Part shown: piece after piece, positions 28,822 through 39,144 of the stretch | Position numbering within the stretch: position 1 is the stretch's first letter | Layout: every line of letters starts with the position of its first letter | Source of the DNA: a bacterium | GTDB lineage: Bacteria; Patescibacteriota; Microgenomatia; UBA1400; PJMF01 | DNA length: 64,000 bases | Reading direction: 5' to 3' | Assembly (NCBI GenBank): GCA_017431625.1 | Contig: JAFRKQ010000010.1 | Span: 17,503-81,502, forward strand | The notes under the pieces: generated by a model | Seen by the model: only the letters and a program-made list of their open reading frames with translations | The model's database searches: none | Told to the model about the DNA's origin: nothing | Position numbers and translations under genes: made by a program

Positions 28822-29706
28822 ATGACACCCATTGTCTATATGACCAAGGAAATTACTCCAGCTTCGCTGCTGGCTATTTACGAAAAGCTTGGTGTACCGC
28901 TTACGGATAAAATTGGCATTAAAATCTCCACGGGTGAGCCAGGTGGCCATAACTACCTCAAGCCCGAGCTTATTGGTGGTTTAGTCAAGAAATTATCGGC
29001 TAATATTGTTGAGTGCAATACCGCTTATGCTGGTCGACGTAATGATGAGGCTGAACATCTCAAGGCCGCAGCTGAACATGGCTTTACCCAAATTGCCACC
29101 GTTGATATTATGGATGGTCACTCAGAAAGAGAGATTCCGGTCAAAAACGGTCAACACTTAGACGTGGATATTATTGGCGCCAATTTTGATCACTATGACA
29201 ATTTTATCAATTTGGCTCACTTCAAAGGTCATGCTATGGGTGGCTTTGGGGGTGTGCTCAAAAATCAGTCAATTGGTTTTGCCTCGCGAGCTGGCAAAGC
29301 CTATATCCATTCAGCTGGTGGCACTCGCGATGCCAATGCAGTCTGGGGGAGTCTAGCAGCCCAAAATGATTTCCTAGAGAGCATGGCTGAAGCTGCCAAA
29401 GCAGTGGCTGATTATGCGGCCGACAGTGGTAAAAAAATCCTCTATATTGACGTTATGAACAATCTTTCCGTCGATTGCGACTGCGACTCTGACCCAGAAG
29501 ATCCCTGTATGAAAGACATTGGGATTTTGGCGAGTTTGGATCCTGTTGCTTTGGATCAGGCTTGTATTGACCAGATCTGGGGCAGTGATGACCCGGGCCG
29601 TGATCACTTTATTGCTCGGGTGGAACGCCAAAATGGCCGTCATATCTTACCTTATGCCGAAAGTTTGGGCTTGGGTAGTCGTCAATACACCTTAGAAATG
29701 ATATAG
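28822..29706 (+). CDS. DUF362-domain protein
   Basis: 294 aa. C-terminal SLDPVALDQACID is DUF362-like. Upstream promoter TTGACAaaaaccaattctgtGATAAACT. Confidence 0.5.
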   Translation: MTPIVYMTKEITPASLLAIYEKLGVPLTDKIGIKISTGEPGGHNYLKPELIGGLVKKLSANIVECNTAYAGRRNDEAEHLKAAAEHGFTQIATVDIMDGHSEREIPVKNGQHLDVDIIGANFDHYDNFINLAHFKGHAMGGFGGVLKNQSIGFASRAGKAYIHSAGGTRDANAVWGSLAAQNDFLESMAEAAKAVADYAADSGKKILYIDVMNNLSVDCDCDSDPEDPCMKDIGILASLDPVALDQACIDQIWGSDDPGRDHFIARVERQNGRHILPYAESLGLGSRQYTLEMI

Positions 29707-29777
29707 ACACACACCAGGCAGGCTACCTGTCAGTTTCAGTTTTTGTTGGCATTTTTGTCTGCTAGACCAACCAAAAA

Positions 29778-29800
29778 CCCCTCCCGGATAGAGAGGGGTG
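29778..29800. terminator. Hairpin CCCCTC-ccggata-GAGGGG with flanking A/T runs (bidirectional terminator between convergent genes)
   Basis: On the minus strand it is followed by TTTTTGG, downstream of the recombinase gene end. Confidence 0.45.
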
Positions 29801-29826
29801 TCTTGGTTGACTAACGAATACCAAGC

Positions 29827-30699
29827 TTAAAGGGTTTCGATTTTGATGTTGGCATCATACTCAGGCATTTTGACAAAAGCCAAGTATTTTTCGGTGGTCG
29901 TCAGGCGTTTGTGACCCACAATTTGGGACACATAGACCATCGGCAAACCAGCGCGCAATTGCTCAACAATGAAAGTGTGACGCAGGTCATTGACCTTGAC
30001 ACCTGCTCCCAAGCCCGCCAAACGGAAGTAACGATCCAGTGACTTGCGGATATTGCGCACCAAAAATGGCTTGCAGGTCTTGGTCAAAAAGACCGTCTTT
30101 TCCCGGGCACGCGGGCGTACCTTGAGGTAAGCCTGAAGCGTCTTTTTGGCCGTCTCATTAAGCGGCACCTTGCGATTGAGATGAGTGTCTTCAGTCTCAA
30201 TATTGATAATTCCCCGATCAAAATCGAGGTCATCAAGCTTGAGATTGGCCAACTCACTAATGCGCATCCCAGTCTGGAGGAGAGTTTCCACCACGGCCAA
30301 CATCCGGACGTCACCACGGCAGGCATCACGCAGGGCGCGATACTCAGTTTTGCTCAAAACCCGAGGTGGAGTCTGCTCACATTGAGGTTGTGACACCAAA
30401 CGTGAGGGATTATCCGGGATGTAGTGATTATCACTCAAATAGCGGAAGTATGACTTGACCGAGTTGACCTTGCGTGAGACCGTTTTATCTGAGCGGTAAA
30501 CTTTGCCCAAATAATCTTTGTAGGCCTCAAGGTCATCAGCGGCCACGCTGGCAATTTCGTTTTTGCCCCGACCAGCCAAAAACTCGGTGAGTTGCTCGAT
30601 GTCTTTGGTGTAAGCGATGATCGTGGCGTGAGCCTTGCCAGAGGCACTTAAGTAATCGTTGAATAGCTTTTCGCGATCCTGAATTGTCAGATTTGACAT
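29827..30699 (-). CDS. Tyrosine site-specific recombinase (XerC/XerD/phage-integrase family)
   Basis: 290 aa. C-terminal LRHTFIVEQLRAG..VSQIVGHKRLTTTEKYL, with the catalytic R..HxxR..Y arrangement. Confidence 0.8.
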   Translation of the reverse strand: MSNLTIQDREKLFNDYLSASGKAHATIIAYTKDIEQLTEFLAGRGKNEIASVAADDLEAYKDYLGKVYRSDKTVSRKVNSVKSYFRYLSDNHYIPDNPSRLVSQPQCEQTPPRVLSKTEYRALRDACRGDVRMLAVVETLLQTGMRISELANLKLDDLDFDRGIINIETEDTHLNRKVPLNETAKKTLQAYLKVRPRAREKTVFLTKTCKPFLVRNIRKSLDRYFRLAGLGAGVKVNDLRHTFIVEQLRAGLPMVYVSQIVGHKRLTTTEKYLAFVKMPEYDANIKIETL

Positions 30700-30824
30700 A
30701 TCTACCTTCTTCCTATATAATAACTAACTAAAATTAATCAAATGCCAGGTGTAGCCTGGGGCTACAAGACTAGCGACTCGACTAATATGACTTATATTAA
30801 CAATATTTATTCACTTTATCAAAC

Positions 30825-31190
30825 ATGAAAAAAGCCCTACCATATATTATTTCGGTACTTTTTTTGCTCATTTGGCTGGCGTCTTTTGAGTCTTTGCGCC
30901 AAAGTGCTGCTAAGCGAGCCGCCCAAAGGCAGACGATCTTGGCAGGTCAAGCCCAACTAGAAAGTCTACAGCTGGAACAGCAACAAAAAGAGCATGAGTT
31001 ATCACTGGCTCAAAGTCAACAACAACTCAAAATTGACAAATCGCTACGCGACACCCTGGCTGGTAAAAAACCAGGCGAAGAGAATCTGAGCCGACTCAAT
31101 TTTACCTATACACCGCGTGAGGTGCCAGTAGTTATTCCCACCGATCCGGATTTCCGACAGCAGTGGCATGATCTCCTCTGGCCATTATAG
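30825..31190 (+). CDS. Small membrane-anchored coiled-coil protein (FtsB/DivIC-like architecture)
   Basis: N-terminal TM followed by a Q/L-rich coiled coil. Confidence 0.4.
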   Translation: MKKALPYIISVLFLLIWLASFESLRQSAAKRAAQRQTILAGQAQLESLQLEQQQKEHELSLAQSQQQLKIDKSLRDTLAGKKPGEENLSRLNFTYTPREVPVVIPTDPDFRQQWHDLLWPL

Positions 31191-31333
31191 CCTTGAGGGG
31201 AAAACCCCGGCTTGACAAACTGCGATTAAAATACTTTATAAGATAATTTGTGTTTACCTATAATTTATAATCATAGGCCGCTTCTGAGTGATATTCGTTA
31301 GTTAAAGATCAGTAATTTTTGATTACTAACGTT

Positions 31334-31373
31334 TATTATATCACATTATCGGTTATTTGTCAAGGGGCAATTT
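31334..31373 (-). promoter_or_regulatory. Consensus promoter, minus orientation, between convergent genes
   Basis: Reverse complement aaATTGCCCCTTGACAAAtaaccgataatgTGATATAATaaa. Confidence 0.5.
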
Positions 31374-31387
31374 TAGGAATATACTTA

Positions 31388-32089
31388 TTAAGTAGTCACA
31401 CCCGCTAAAAATAGTAAAAGTTCCTGCGAAAGTGGGAGGGCTAATTGACCACTTTTTGCCCGATAATCAAGCCAAATTAACTGACGATAAAAATCCGCTA
31501 ATTCTCGAGGGGTAAACTTTTTCGCCTGATTTTGGCAAGCCAAGCGCTTAAAAGGAATGCCGTGGTAGTTATTCATTTGGCTATCCAAAAGCATTTGTGT
31601 GTGCCACAATAAAGTAGCCAAAATATAGATGCCGGGGTCACTAGCACTAGCCGCTTGATTGACTGTTTGCTGGTACTTTTCGATAAACCTTGCTGATTTA
31701 TTATCGGGTTCAATGAGGCTCATTAATTCCCAAATGCTTTTGTCGTCACTTGTCACCAAATTTTGTACATTTCCCAGCGATTTGATGGCTGTAGAGGTAA
31801 CTTTTTTACCTTCCCAAATAATAACATCCCCACTGGCTGTCTTGACGAGGTGGATTAATTGGTCGCGAGCCTTGGACTTGGGACCGATCAGTAAATTGGT
31901 AAGAGTGACGAGCTTGGGGTTGGCAAAAAAATCATCTTGACTGAGAGCTTCTTCTAGCTGGGCTGGGGTGATTTTCTTGGCATCCAGACTGATAATTTTG
32001 ACTCCTCGCTGTCGATATTGCTGGACTTTTTGTTCAAATGTGGCTAGAGATTGATCTTTTTTGTCGCCGTGGCATACAATAATAGTCAT
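31388..32089 (-). CDS. holA: DNA polymerase III delta subunit-like protein (short)
   Basis: 233 aa. Weak resemblance to the HolA N-terminal/clamp-loader fold. The assignment is tentative. Confidence 0.4.
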   Translation of the reverse strand: MTIIVCHGDKKDQSLATFEQKVQQYRQRGVKIISLDAKKITPAQLEEALSQDDFFANPKLVTLTNLLIGPKSKARDQLIHLVKTASGDVIIWEGKKVTSTAIKSLGNVQNLVTSDDKSIWELMSLIEPDNKSARFIEKYQQTVNQAASASDPGIYILATLLWHTQMLLDSQMNNYHGIPFKRLACQNQAKKFTPRELADFYRQLIWLDYRAKSGQLALPLSQELLLFLAGVTT

Positions 32090-32298
32090 TTTAACCCCCT
32101 CATCTATCTAGCTTATTATATCATGTCAGGCGGGTTTTGTGGTGAGGGGAAAATTGCTTACGAATTTTGTCAAATCTGCGGTATAATAGCCAGTGTTAGT
32201 TACGGAGAAGAGTTTATGACACAATTGTTGTTTAGAGGTTTAGTTGATGTACTGCCAGTGATATTTATGGCGATGTATCTGAGTTTTTGAAGGAGATT

Positions 32299-32850
32299 AT
32301 GTTTAATTTTAGCCGTTTTCGTGATAATGGTCGCAAGACCCTTGAGGTGATCCGCACCGACATTGGGAGTCTGCGCACTGGTGGGGCAAGCCCTCAGCTT
32401 TTGGACGGAGTCAAGGTGGAGGCTTACGGTACGAGCATGAAGGTGACCGAGTTGGCTGCCATTAGTGTTCAGGATCCCACCATGATGGTGGTCTCGCCCT
32501 GGGACAAATCGGTCTTGGGAGCAATTGAAAAAGCAATTCAGACTGCAGGTATTAATCTCAATCCCGTCGTAGACGGTGATATTATTCGTATCAGCGTACC
32601 GCCGCTGACTCAAGAAGGACGTGAAAAGCTCGTCAAGACGCTCCACCAAAAAGTTGAGGCGGGCAAAGTGATGTTACGGACCTTGCGCGGCGAGTGCAAA
32701 AAAGAGATTGAGGCCCAAAAGGGAACGGCGGGTATTTCTGAAGATGATATCAAGAGTGATCTGACAACACTGGAGGAAGAGACCAAAAACTTGATTGGTC
32801 AAGTTGATGAACTTGAAGCGGCTAAGCAAAAAGAATTATTGAAGGTATGA
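32299..32850 (+). CDS. frr: Ribosome recycling factor
   Basis: The track start is TTG 32287. ATG at 32299 is preceded by AAGGAG. Typical RRF sequence throughout. Confidence 0.85.
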   Translation: MFNFSRFRDNGRKTLEVIRTDIGSLRTGGASPQLLDGVKVEAYGTSMKVTELAAISVQDPTMMVVSPWDKSVLGAIEKAIQTAGINLNPVVDGDIIRISVPPLTQEGREKLVKTLHQKVEAGKVMLRTLRGECKKEIEAQKGTAGISEDDIKSDLTTLEEETKNLIGQVDELEAAKQKELLKV

Positions 32851-34004
32851 CGTTAATCACAATCGTTCTCTACTTGTTGATTTTGGCAGTGCTGGTGATT
32901 TGGCACGAGTTGGGTCATTTTAGTGTGGCTAAGTTCTTCAAGATCAGGGTTGACGAGTTTGGTATTGGTTTTCCTCCACGCATATGTCAGCTTTTTCGCT
33001 GGCGGGGGACAGATTTTACTCTCAATCTGATCCCTATGGGCGGTTTTGTCAATCTTGCCGGTGAAAGTGCGCCCAGCAATGAAGAACAAGATAGTCAATC
33101 GACGCCGGTTGACACACAAGGCCAAGCCCTTTTTTACCAAAAGAAGGCGTGGCAGCGATTTTTGGTGATTTTGGCCGGACCAGTGATGAATATTTTTTTG
33201 GCTCTAGCAATTTTTGTCTTGGTCTATAGTCTCGAGGGAGTCCCGGAACGTTTTCCTGGCCAGACATTTATTGATTTTGTGGAGCCAGACTCACCCGCAC
33301 AGATGGCAAATTTGCCGGTCAATGGGCGTTTATTGGCCTTGCAGGATGCTACTGGCGCGGCCGTGGAAGTGACTAACATTGACGCAGCGCTGGATTTTTT
33401 GCGTGGGCGCCACGGACAAACGGTCACGCTGACTCTCAATCCCGATTGTAAGCGTGGTGTTTGCACTGATCAGATAGCAACTTATGCAGCGACACTGCGG
33501 ACCGACGAGCAGATCCCAGCAGGCGGTGGGGCACTGGGGGTAAGTTTTACTGATTATCAATTTGTATTTTACCCTTGGTATCGACACATTCCTCTTAGTC
33601 TCTACTATGGCTGTCGTGAGTCATTTTACATGATCAAACAGCTATTGCTAGCTATCTGGCAAGTGATTATTGATCTTTTCCAGCCTGGACCCAACGAGGC
33701 GGTTCTCATGGGACCAGTTGGGATTGTCAGCGAGTTAAATCGCTCGAGGTTGTTCCAACAAGGACTGGTGACGATTTTGAGTTTTGCTGGCATGCTGTCA
33801 CTCAATCTGGGTGTCGTTAATCTTTTGCCGATCCCCGCTGTTGATGGTGGCCGTCTGTTTTTGATCATGGGCGAGAAAATAGTGGGCAAAACAAGAATTA
33901 ATAAGATCGAAGGCTGGCTCAATTACGTCGGAGTGATTCTCATTATCGGTCTGACGATCCTGATTACTGGAGCTGACATCTGGCGTTTGTTTGGCAAAAA
34001 TTAA
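32847..34004 (+). CDS. rseP: RIP site-2 metalloprotease (M50)
   Basis: HELGHF zinc motif near the N-terminus. Multi-TM. ATGA overlap with frr. Confidence 0.8.
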   Translation: MTLITIVLYLLILAVLVIWHELGHFSVAKFFKIRVDEFGIGFPPRICQLFRWRGTDFTLNLIPMGGFVNLAGESAPSNEEQDSQSTPVDTQGQALFYQKKAWQRFLVILAGPVMNIFLALAIFVLVYSLEGVPERFPGQTFIDFVEPDSPAQMANLPVNGRLLALQDATGAAVEVTNIDAALDFLRGRHGQTVTLTLNPDCKRGVCTDQIATYAATLRTDEQIPAGGGALGVSFTDYQFVFYPWYRHIPLSLYYGCRESFYMIKQLLLAIWQVIIDLFQPGPNEAVLMGPVGIVSELNRSRLFQQGLVTILSFAGMLSLNLGVVNLLPIPAVDGGRLFLIMGEKIVGKTRINKIEGWLNYVGVILIIGLTILITGADIWRLFGKN

Positions 34005-34019
34005 GACAGTGAAAGATTT

Positions 34020-34319
34020 ATGGGTGCACGACCACACAAAAACAAAAAAAAGAATAAAAACCAGCTGCTAAGGGGAAAAAACCAGGTGTCAAGCAAGCAG
34101 TTGCCAGTCAATACTGGACTGTCTGCCCGCAAAGATCGTCCGGTGCCAGCTGCCCCAATTGCCGTGACAAAATCCGCGAAAAGTGGTACAATAGCGGCTA
34201 TTGACTACTTCGGTTTTCCTGTTAGTGTCTTTGGAGCTGACTTGAAGAGAACCGGCTGGGCAACCCTGGTGATCCTCGCTATTTTGGCAGCGATTACTAT
34301 TGTCACCAGAGTGAGCTGA
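34020..34319 (+). CDS. Hypothetical small protein with K-rich N-terminus and C-terminal TM
   Basis: A 99 aa ORF between rseP and the DUF3048 gene. No domain evidence. Confidence 0.3.
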   Translation: MGARPHKNKKKNKNQLLRGKNQVSSKQLPVNTGLSARKDRPVPAAPIAVTKSAKSGTIAAIDYFGFPVSVFGADLKRTGWATLVILAILAAITIVTRVS

Positions 34320-34329
34320 AAGGAAAAAG

Positions 34330-35532
34330 ATGCAAAAACAAAATAATTGGCTTTACTTAATCCCCGTGGCTCTATTCATCGTTTCTTTGTGTGCTTCGAT
34401 GATTGTTTTCCGTGTCACCTCGGGCTTGAAGCCAGCTCAAGTCACGCCCTCACCCGTGGCTGAGACACAGGAGTCGGAGCCAGAAGATGAGTCACTAATT
34501 GCCGGCGTCGATACTCTCCCCAAAACTGAGGCCTGCCCACTCAACGGTGTACTTTACTCCCAGCCTGAGCGTGAAGCTTGGGAAAGCCGGCGCCCTTTGG
34601 CCGTGATGATTGAAAACTCTGTTGATGCCAGGCCACAATCTGGTCTTGCCGATGCTGATCTTGTTTTTGAAGCGGTCGCTGAAGGTGGCATTACCCGGTT
34701 TATGGCGATGTATTATTGTGATGCTCAAAGCGCTGATGTCACCTTAGCTCCAATTCGCTCGGCTCGAACCTATTTTATCAATTTGGCCTCAGGCTTTAAT
34801 CGCCCGATGTACGTTCATGTTGGCGGTGCCAATCTAGAAGGGCCGGCAAACGCCTTGGGCCAACTCAATGACTATGGTTGGACAGGGACTAACGACATTA
34901 ATCAATTTAGCGTTGGTTATCCCACCTTTATTCGCGATTACAATCGCATTCCTGGTAAGGACATTGCGACTGAACACACCATGACTACCAGCACCGAAAA
35001 ACTTTGGGAAGTAGCCCAAAAACGTGGCTGGACTAATGTATCACCCAAAACCAAAGTTGGTTCGCGCACGGTGGATGGCGAAGACTGGGCTGAAGGCTTT
35101 ACCGGCTGGGATTACAACGATGATCAAGCTGGCAGCGGCAGCCAGACAGTGAGCTACCAATTTTGGTCAGGTTTACCCAATTTTGATGTCAGCTGGAAGT
35201 ATGACTCTGCTAGTGGTAAATACCTGCGCAGTAATGGCGGCGAGCCAGCTACTGACCTCAACACCGGCGAACAGTTGGCCTATGACAATGTGATTGTGAT
35301 GTTTGTCGAGGAAGAAGGGCCCATTGATGAGCTCAAGCACATGCTCTACACCGTGATCGGTAAGGGTGATGGCCTTTACTTTTTTGGTGGTGAGGCGACA
35401 CCGATCAAGTGGTCAAAAAAGTCTCGCGAAAGCGAACTCCAGTTCACTGACAAAAACGGTAAACCGTTGACCTTTGCCCGCGGTACTTTCTGGATTAGTC
35501 TCGTGCCCGACACCAATGACGTTGACTACTAG
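34330..35532 (+). CDS. DUF3048-domain lipoprotein/secreted protein
   Basis: RPLAVMIENSVDARPQSGLADADLVFEAVAEGGITRF is the DUF3048 signature. N-terminal TM/signal. A terminator-like hairpin lies at about 35561-35583. Confidence 0.65.
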   Translation: MQKQNNWLYLIPVALFIVSLCASMIVFRVTSGLKPAQVTPSPVAETQESEPEDESLIAGVDTLPKTEACPLNGVLYSQPEREAWESRRPLAVMIENSVDARPQSGLADADLVFEAVAEGGITRFMAMYYCDAQSADVTLAPIRSARTYFINLASGFNRPMYVHVGGANLEGPANALGQLNDYGWTGTNDINQFSVGYPTFIRDYNRIPGKDIATEHTMTTSTEKLWEVAQKRGWTNVSPKTKVGSRTVDGEDWAEGFTGWDYNDDQAGSGSQTVSYQFWSGLPNFDVSWKYDSASGKYLRSNGGEPATDLNTGEQLAYDNVIVMFVEEEGPIDELKHMLYTVIGKGDGLYFFGGEATPIKWSKKSRESELQFTDKNGKPLTFARGTFWISLVPDTNDVDY

Positions 35533-35653
35533 TCCCATTAGATCAGACATTGACTCTCAGCCCCGAGGCCAGAAACTTCGGGGTTATGTTTGGACCACTG
35601 ACCGATAGCTCCACCCCCAAGCAATTGTCGTCACATTCCGGTTTTATTGACTT

Positions 35654-35693
35654 ATATTATATCACAAAGTATCACTTTTGTCAAGTGGCAATT
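35654..35693 (-). promoter_or_regulatory. Consensus promoter, minus orientation (points at the 3' end of the DUF3048 gene)
   Basis: Reverse complement ggcgtAATTGCCACTTGACAAAAgtgatactttgTGATATAATat. Confidence 0.5.
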
Positions 35694-35751
35694 ACGCCTG
35701 GGGTAGCAAACTGGATCAGAATTTGCCATTTTTTGTAGTATAATAGTGACT

Positions 35752-36933
35752 ATGTCGCAAAACGCAACTATTGGTATTGATTGCCGGCTAGCTGGCCTCA
35801 AAAACGCTGGCATTGGTCGGCATATTCTCAATTTATGCTTGCGCTTGCCCTTTATGGCGCCAGGGGAATGGCGTTTGGTTTACTTTTTGGCTGACAAGGC
35901 CCAGTGGGCCGAGTTGATGAGCCATCTGAGTGAGATAAATTTGCCGGCTGGTACCAATGCTCAGGATTACTTGGGTCGGGTCCAGACCGTCATCGCTCCA
36001 ATCAAACATTACACGCTCCAAGAACAACGACAAATGCCCGCTATTTTTGCCGGTGCCAATTTGGACTTACTTCACGTACCGCATTTCAATCTCCCGTATC
36101 TGACCAAGATCCCTCGCGTCGTGGTGACTATCCATGATTTGCTTTGGCATGAAAAAAAAGGTAAGGATGTCACCACGCTACCAGCCTGGCAGTATTATCT
36201 CAAGTATCAAGGTTACAAGATCATTACCAAACACGCGGTCCAATCCGCACGGGCGATTATTACCCCGAGTAAAACGATAGGTGAGACTGTTGGTCGCTTT
36301 TATCCCCAAGTGAAAAATAAGATTCGGGTAATTTACAATGGGGTGAATGATTTTCACCTTGACAATTGTCCCCCTTTTTACCTGAAAGTGCCGGAACAAT
36401 ATCTGCTTTATGTTGGCTCACTTTATCCGCACAAAAATGTTGGTTTACTGCTGCAGGCTCTAGCCCAAAATCGCGATCTCAAGCTAGTAATTGTCTCTGC
36501 ACGTGACGCTTTTTGGGAACAAACCCAGGCTCAAATTAAAAGTCACCAACTAGAATCACAAATAACTTTTTTGGGACAAGTCAATGATTGTCAGCTGAGT
36601 TATTTATACGCTCACGCTCAGGCACTGATCCAACCCTCATTGTCAGAAGGTTTTGGTCTGACAGGAATTGAGGCCATGCGGGCTGGTTGTCTTGTGATGG
36701 CCTCAGATATTCCGATTTTTCAAGAAATTTATGGACGTAATTTTGTGAAATTTGACCCCCTGGATGTCAATTCTTTTTTGCAGTCAGTCCAAGATTTGCG
36801 CCGCTGGCGCACTCCGGAAATTATTGCTGCCAATCGTCAACTGGCCGCAGGCTATACATGGGAGCGCATGACTGAACACACCATTCAAGTCTATCAAGAG
36901 GTATTAGGCAGTAGCGCCGCTCAAAACACCTAA
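35752..36933 (+). CDS. Glycosyltransferase family 4 (GT1 clan)
   Basis: EGFGLTGIEAMRAGCLVMASD. Leaderless: TATAAT 35739-44 lies 7 nt before ATG 35752. The track start is GTG 35746. Confidence 0.8.
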   Translation: MSQNATIGIDCRLAGLKNAGIGRHILNLCLRLPFMAPGEWRLVYFLADKAQWAELMSHLSEINLPAGTNAQDYLGRVQTVIAPIKHYTLQEQRQMPAIFAGANLDLLHVPHFNLPYLTKIPRVVVTIHDLLWHEKKGKDVTTLPAWQYYLKYQGYKIITKHAVQSARAIITPSKTIGETVGRFYPQVKNKIRVIYNGVNDFHLDNCPPFYLKVPEQYLLYVGSLYPHKNVGLLLQALAQNRDLKLVIVSARDAFWEQTQAQIKSHQLESQITFLGQVNDCQLSYLYAHAQALIQPSLSEGFGLTGIEAMRAGCLVMASDIPIFQEIYGRNFVKFDPLDVNSFLQSVQDLRRWRTPEIIAANRQLAAGYTWERMTEHTIQVYQEVLGSSAAQNT

Positions 36934-36935
36934 TT

Positions 36936-38045
36936 ATGCCACAAAAAAAAGTTGCTATTATTTATGATTGGGCCGATACGCGTTATGGGGGAGCGGAGAA
37001 AGTATTGTTGACTCTCCAGCAAATCTATCCTCAAGCTACGCTTTTTACTTCATTTGTCGAGCCGCATGCAGTCTGGACGCAAAAATTTAAGCAGGTGAAG
37101 ACGAGTTTTTTGCAGCACTGGCCCAAATTTATCCGTCGCCACAAAAAGTGGTTGGCAGTTTTTTTGCCGTTGGCTTTTGAGCAATTTGATTTGACTGGTT
37201 TTGAGTTGATAATTTCAGTGACTAGCTTCGCTGCCAAGGGAGTATTAACCAAAGACAATCAGCTCCATATTTGCTACTTACTCACACCAACGCGTTTTTT
37301 GTATTCTCACACACATGAGTATGTCCACCAGGCGCGAGGGATAAGAAAGCTACTGCTCAATTACCTGCGTCGTTGGGATCAGGTCGCCGCCACCAGACCA
37401 GATTATCTGATCGCTATTTCTCAATTGGTGGCCTCTCGAACAGAACACTATTATGGGCGAAAATGCGCTGCTGTCATTTATCCCACTATTATTGATGATG
37501 ATAAAAATATTGATAAAAAGGAAAAAAATATAGACATTGATCACAAATTTTTTCTATGCGTTGGTCGTCTAACACCTTACAAACACATTCATCAGGTCGT
37601 TGATATTTGTGGCCGGCGTCAGTGGCCACTGGTGATTATCGGCAGTGGTGTGCAAAAGCAAATACTTACAAAGTCCATTGACTCTCACGGCTGGTCGCAC
37701 ATCAAACTCTTGGGCAATCTCGATGATGAATCAATCAAAAAATATTATCAGCAGGCACTAGCGCTGGTAGCACCGGGACTGGAAGACTTTGGCATTAATA
37801 TCCTTGAGGCAAATCAAGCGGGTACACTGGTTATCACCCATCCAGATTCGGGTGCGCGTGAGCTTTTGACCAGCAATATGGCTCGTGATCTTGACAGTCA
37901 ACAGCTTTCGGTGAGCCTGGAGACTGTCATGGCCCGAGTCTATGATCAAGGAAAAACATTGATACCAAGTCAAAAATTATCAAGAAGTGATTTTGTGCGC
38001 CTCTGGCGCGAGAAAGTAATGACTTATGAAAAAATGTTCGTGTGA
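36936..38045 (+). CDS. Glycosyltransferase (GT4-like)
   Basis: 369 aa. GT-B fold-like C-terminal half. Confidence 0.6.
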   Translation: MPQKKVAIIYDWADTRYGGAEKVLLTLQQIYPQATLFTSFVEPHAVWTQKFKQVKTSFLQHWPKFIRRHKKWLAVFLPLAFEQFDLTGFELIISVTSFAAKGVLTKDNQLHICYLLTPTRFLYSHTHEYVHQARGIRKLLLNYLRRWDQVAATRPDYLIAISQLVASRTEHYYGRKCAAVIYPTIIDDDKNIDKKEKNIDIDHKFFLCVGRLTPYKHIHQVVDICGRRQWPLVIIGSGVQKQILTKSIDSHGWSHIKLLGNLDDESIKKYYQQALALVAPGLEDFGINILEANQAGTLVITHPDSGARELLTSNMARDLDSQQLSVSLETVMARVYDQGKTLIPSQKLSRSDFVRLWREKVMTYEKMFV

Positions 38046-39141
38046 TAATCAATACGTGGTGATTTTGGCTGGAGGTAGTGGCACTCGTCTCTGGCCACGC
38101 TCCAGAGGTGAAACGCCAAAACAGTTTTTACAGTTGGTGGGGGACAAAACCATGCTCCAACGCACGGCCGATCGTGCCCTTCAAGTGACTGATTGGGATC
38201 ATATTATTGTCATCACCAATCAAGCTCACGCTCAGGTAGTTCGCCAACAACTGCCCCAGCTACAAAACGATCACGTTTTACTTGAGCCAGAGAAAAAGGA
38301 TACTGCTCTAGCGATGTTGGTTGGAGCCTTGTTTGCCCGGAGTTTCAATCCCGAAGCGGTCATTATCAATAGTGCTTCTGATCACTATGTCCCACAAAAA
38401 GATTTGGCGGAGTTTGGTCGCACCATGACTAAAGCCTGCAATATCGCCGCCAGTCACCAGAATTTAATCACTGTGGGGATTGCTCCGCGCCGCCCTGAGA
38501 CTGGTTTTGGCTATATCAAGGTGGGTGAGCAAATCGATAATGACAAAGCTCTACCAGTTTTTAAGGTGGACAGCTTCACCGAAAAGCCCAATCTAGCGAC
38601 CGCTACCGCCTTTATCGCTACGGGCAAGTACTTTTGGAATGCCAATATGTATGTCTGGTCAGCCACGGCGTTGCTGGCCGCCTTCAAAAAATATGCCCCC
38701 CAAACTTATCAAGCCGTCCAACCGCTACTTAAGGCAAAACCTGAGGATTTCGCCCGTCTGCTGCCTCAAGTTTATGCCCAGAGCCCGTCAATCTCGATCG
38801 ACTACGCGATATCAGAAAAAGCAGACAATCTCTTGCTGATTCCGGGTAACTTCAGTTGGTCAGATGTTGGTGATTGGCGAGTGGCCTATGAGCTGGGGCA
38901 AAAAAATGCCGATGGCAATGTGATCACTACAGAGAACCAAGCCGCTAGTGTCATAGTCCATGGGGCCCGGGAAAATCTGATTGCCTCATCTGACAAACGT
39001 CTCGTGGCATTAGTAGGGGTCAATGATCTGGTGATCGTGGATACACCAGAGGTTTTACTCGTGTGTGATAAAAACAAGAGTCAGGACGTCAAAAAAATTG
39101 TCGAAACACTCAAACAAGACAAAAAGGAAGAATACTTATAA
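38026..39141 (+). CDS. manC: Mannose-1-phosphate guanylyltransferase (NDP-sugar pyrophosphorylase)
   Basis: VVILAGGSGTRLWPRSRGETPKQF. A 20-nt overlap with the upstream gene. Confidence 0.75.
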   Translation: MKKCSCDNQYVVILAGGSGTRLWPRSRGETPKQFLQLVGDKTMLQRTADRALQVTDWDHIIVITNQAHAQVVRQQLPQLQNDHVLLEPEKKDTALAMLVGALFARSFNPEAVIINSASDHYVPQKDLAEFGRTMTKACNIAASHQNLITVGIAPRRPETGFGYIKVGEQIDNDKALPVFKVDSFTEKPNLATATAFIATGKYFWNANMYVWSATALLAAFKKYAPQTYQAVQPLLKAKPEDFARLLPQVYAQSPSISIDYAISEKADNLLLIPGNFSWSDVGDWRVAYELGQKNADGNVITTENQAASVIVHGARENLIASSDKRLVALVGVNDLVIVDTPEVLLVCDKNKSQDVKKIVETLKQDKKEEYL

Positions 39142-39144
39142 TTT

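Noticed and set aside
29827-30699. Tyrosine recombinase as evidence of a local mobile element
   Set aside because: No flanking att-like repeats or cargo genes recognised. It may simply be the chromosomal Xer dimer-resolution recombinase.
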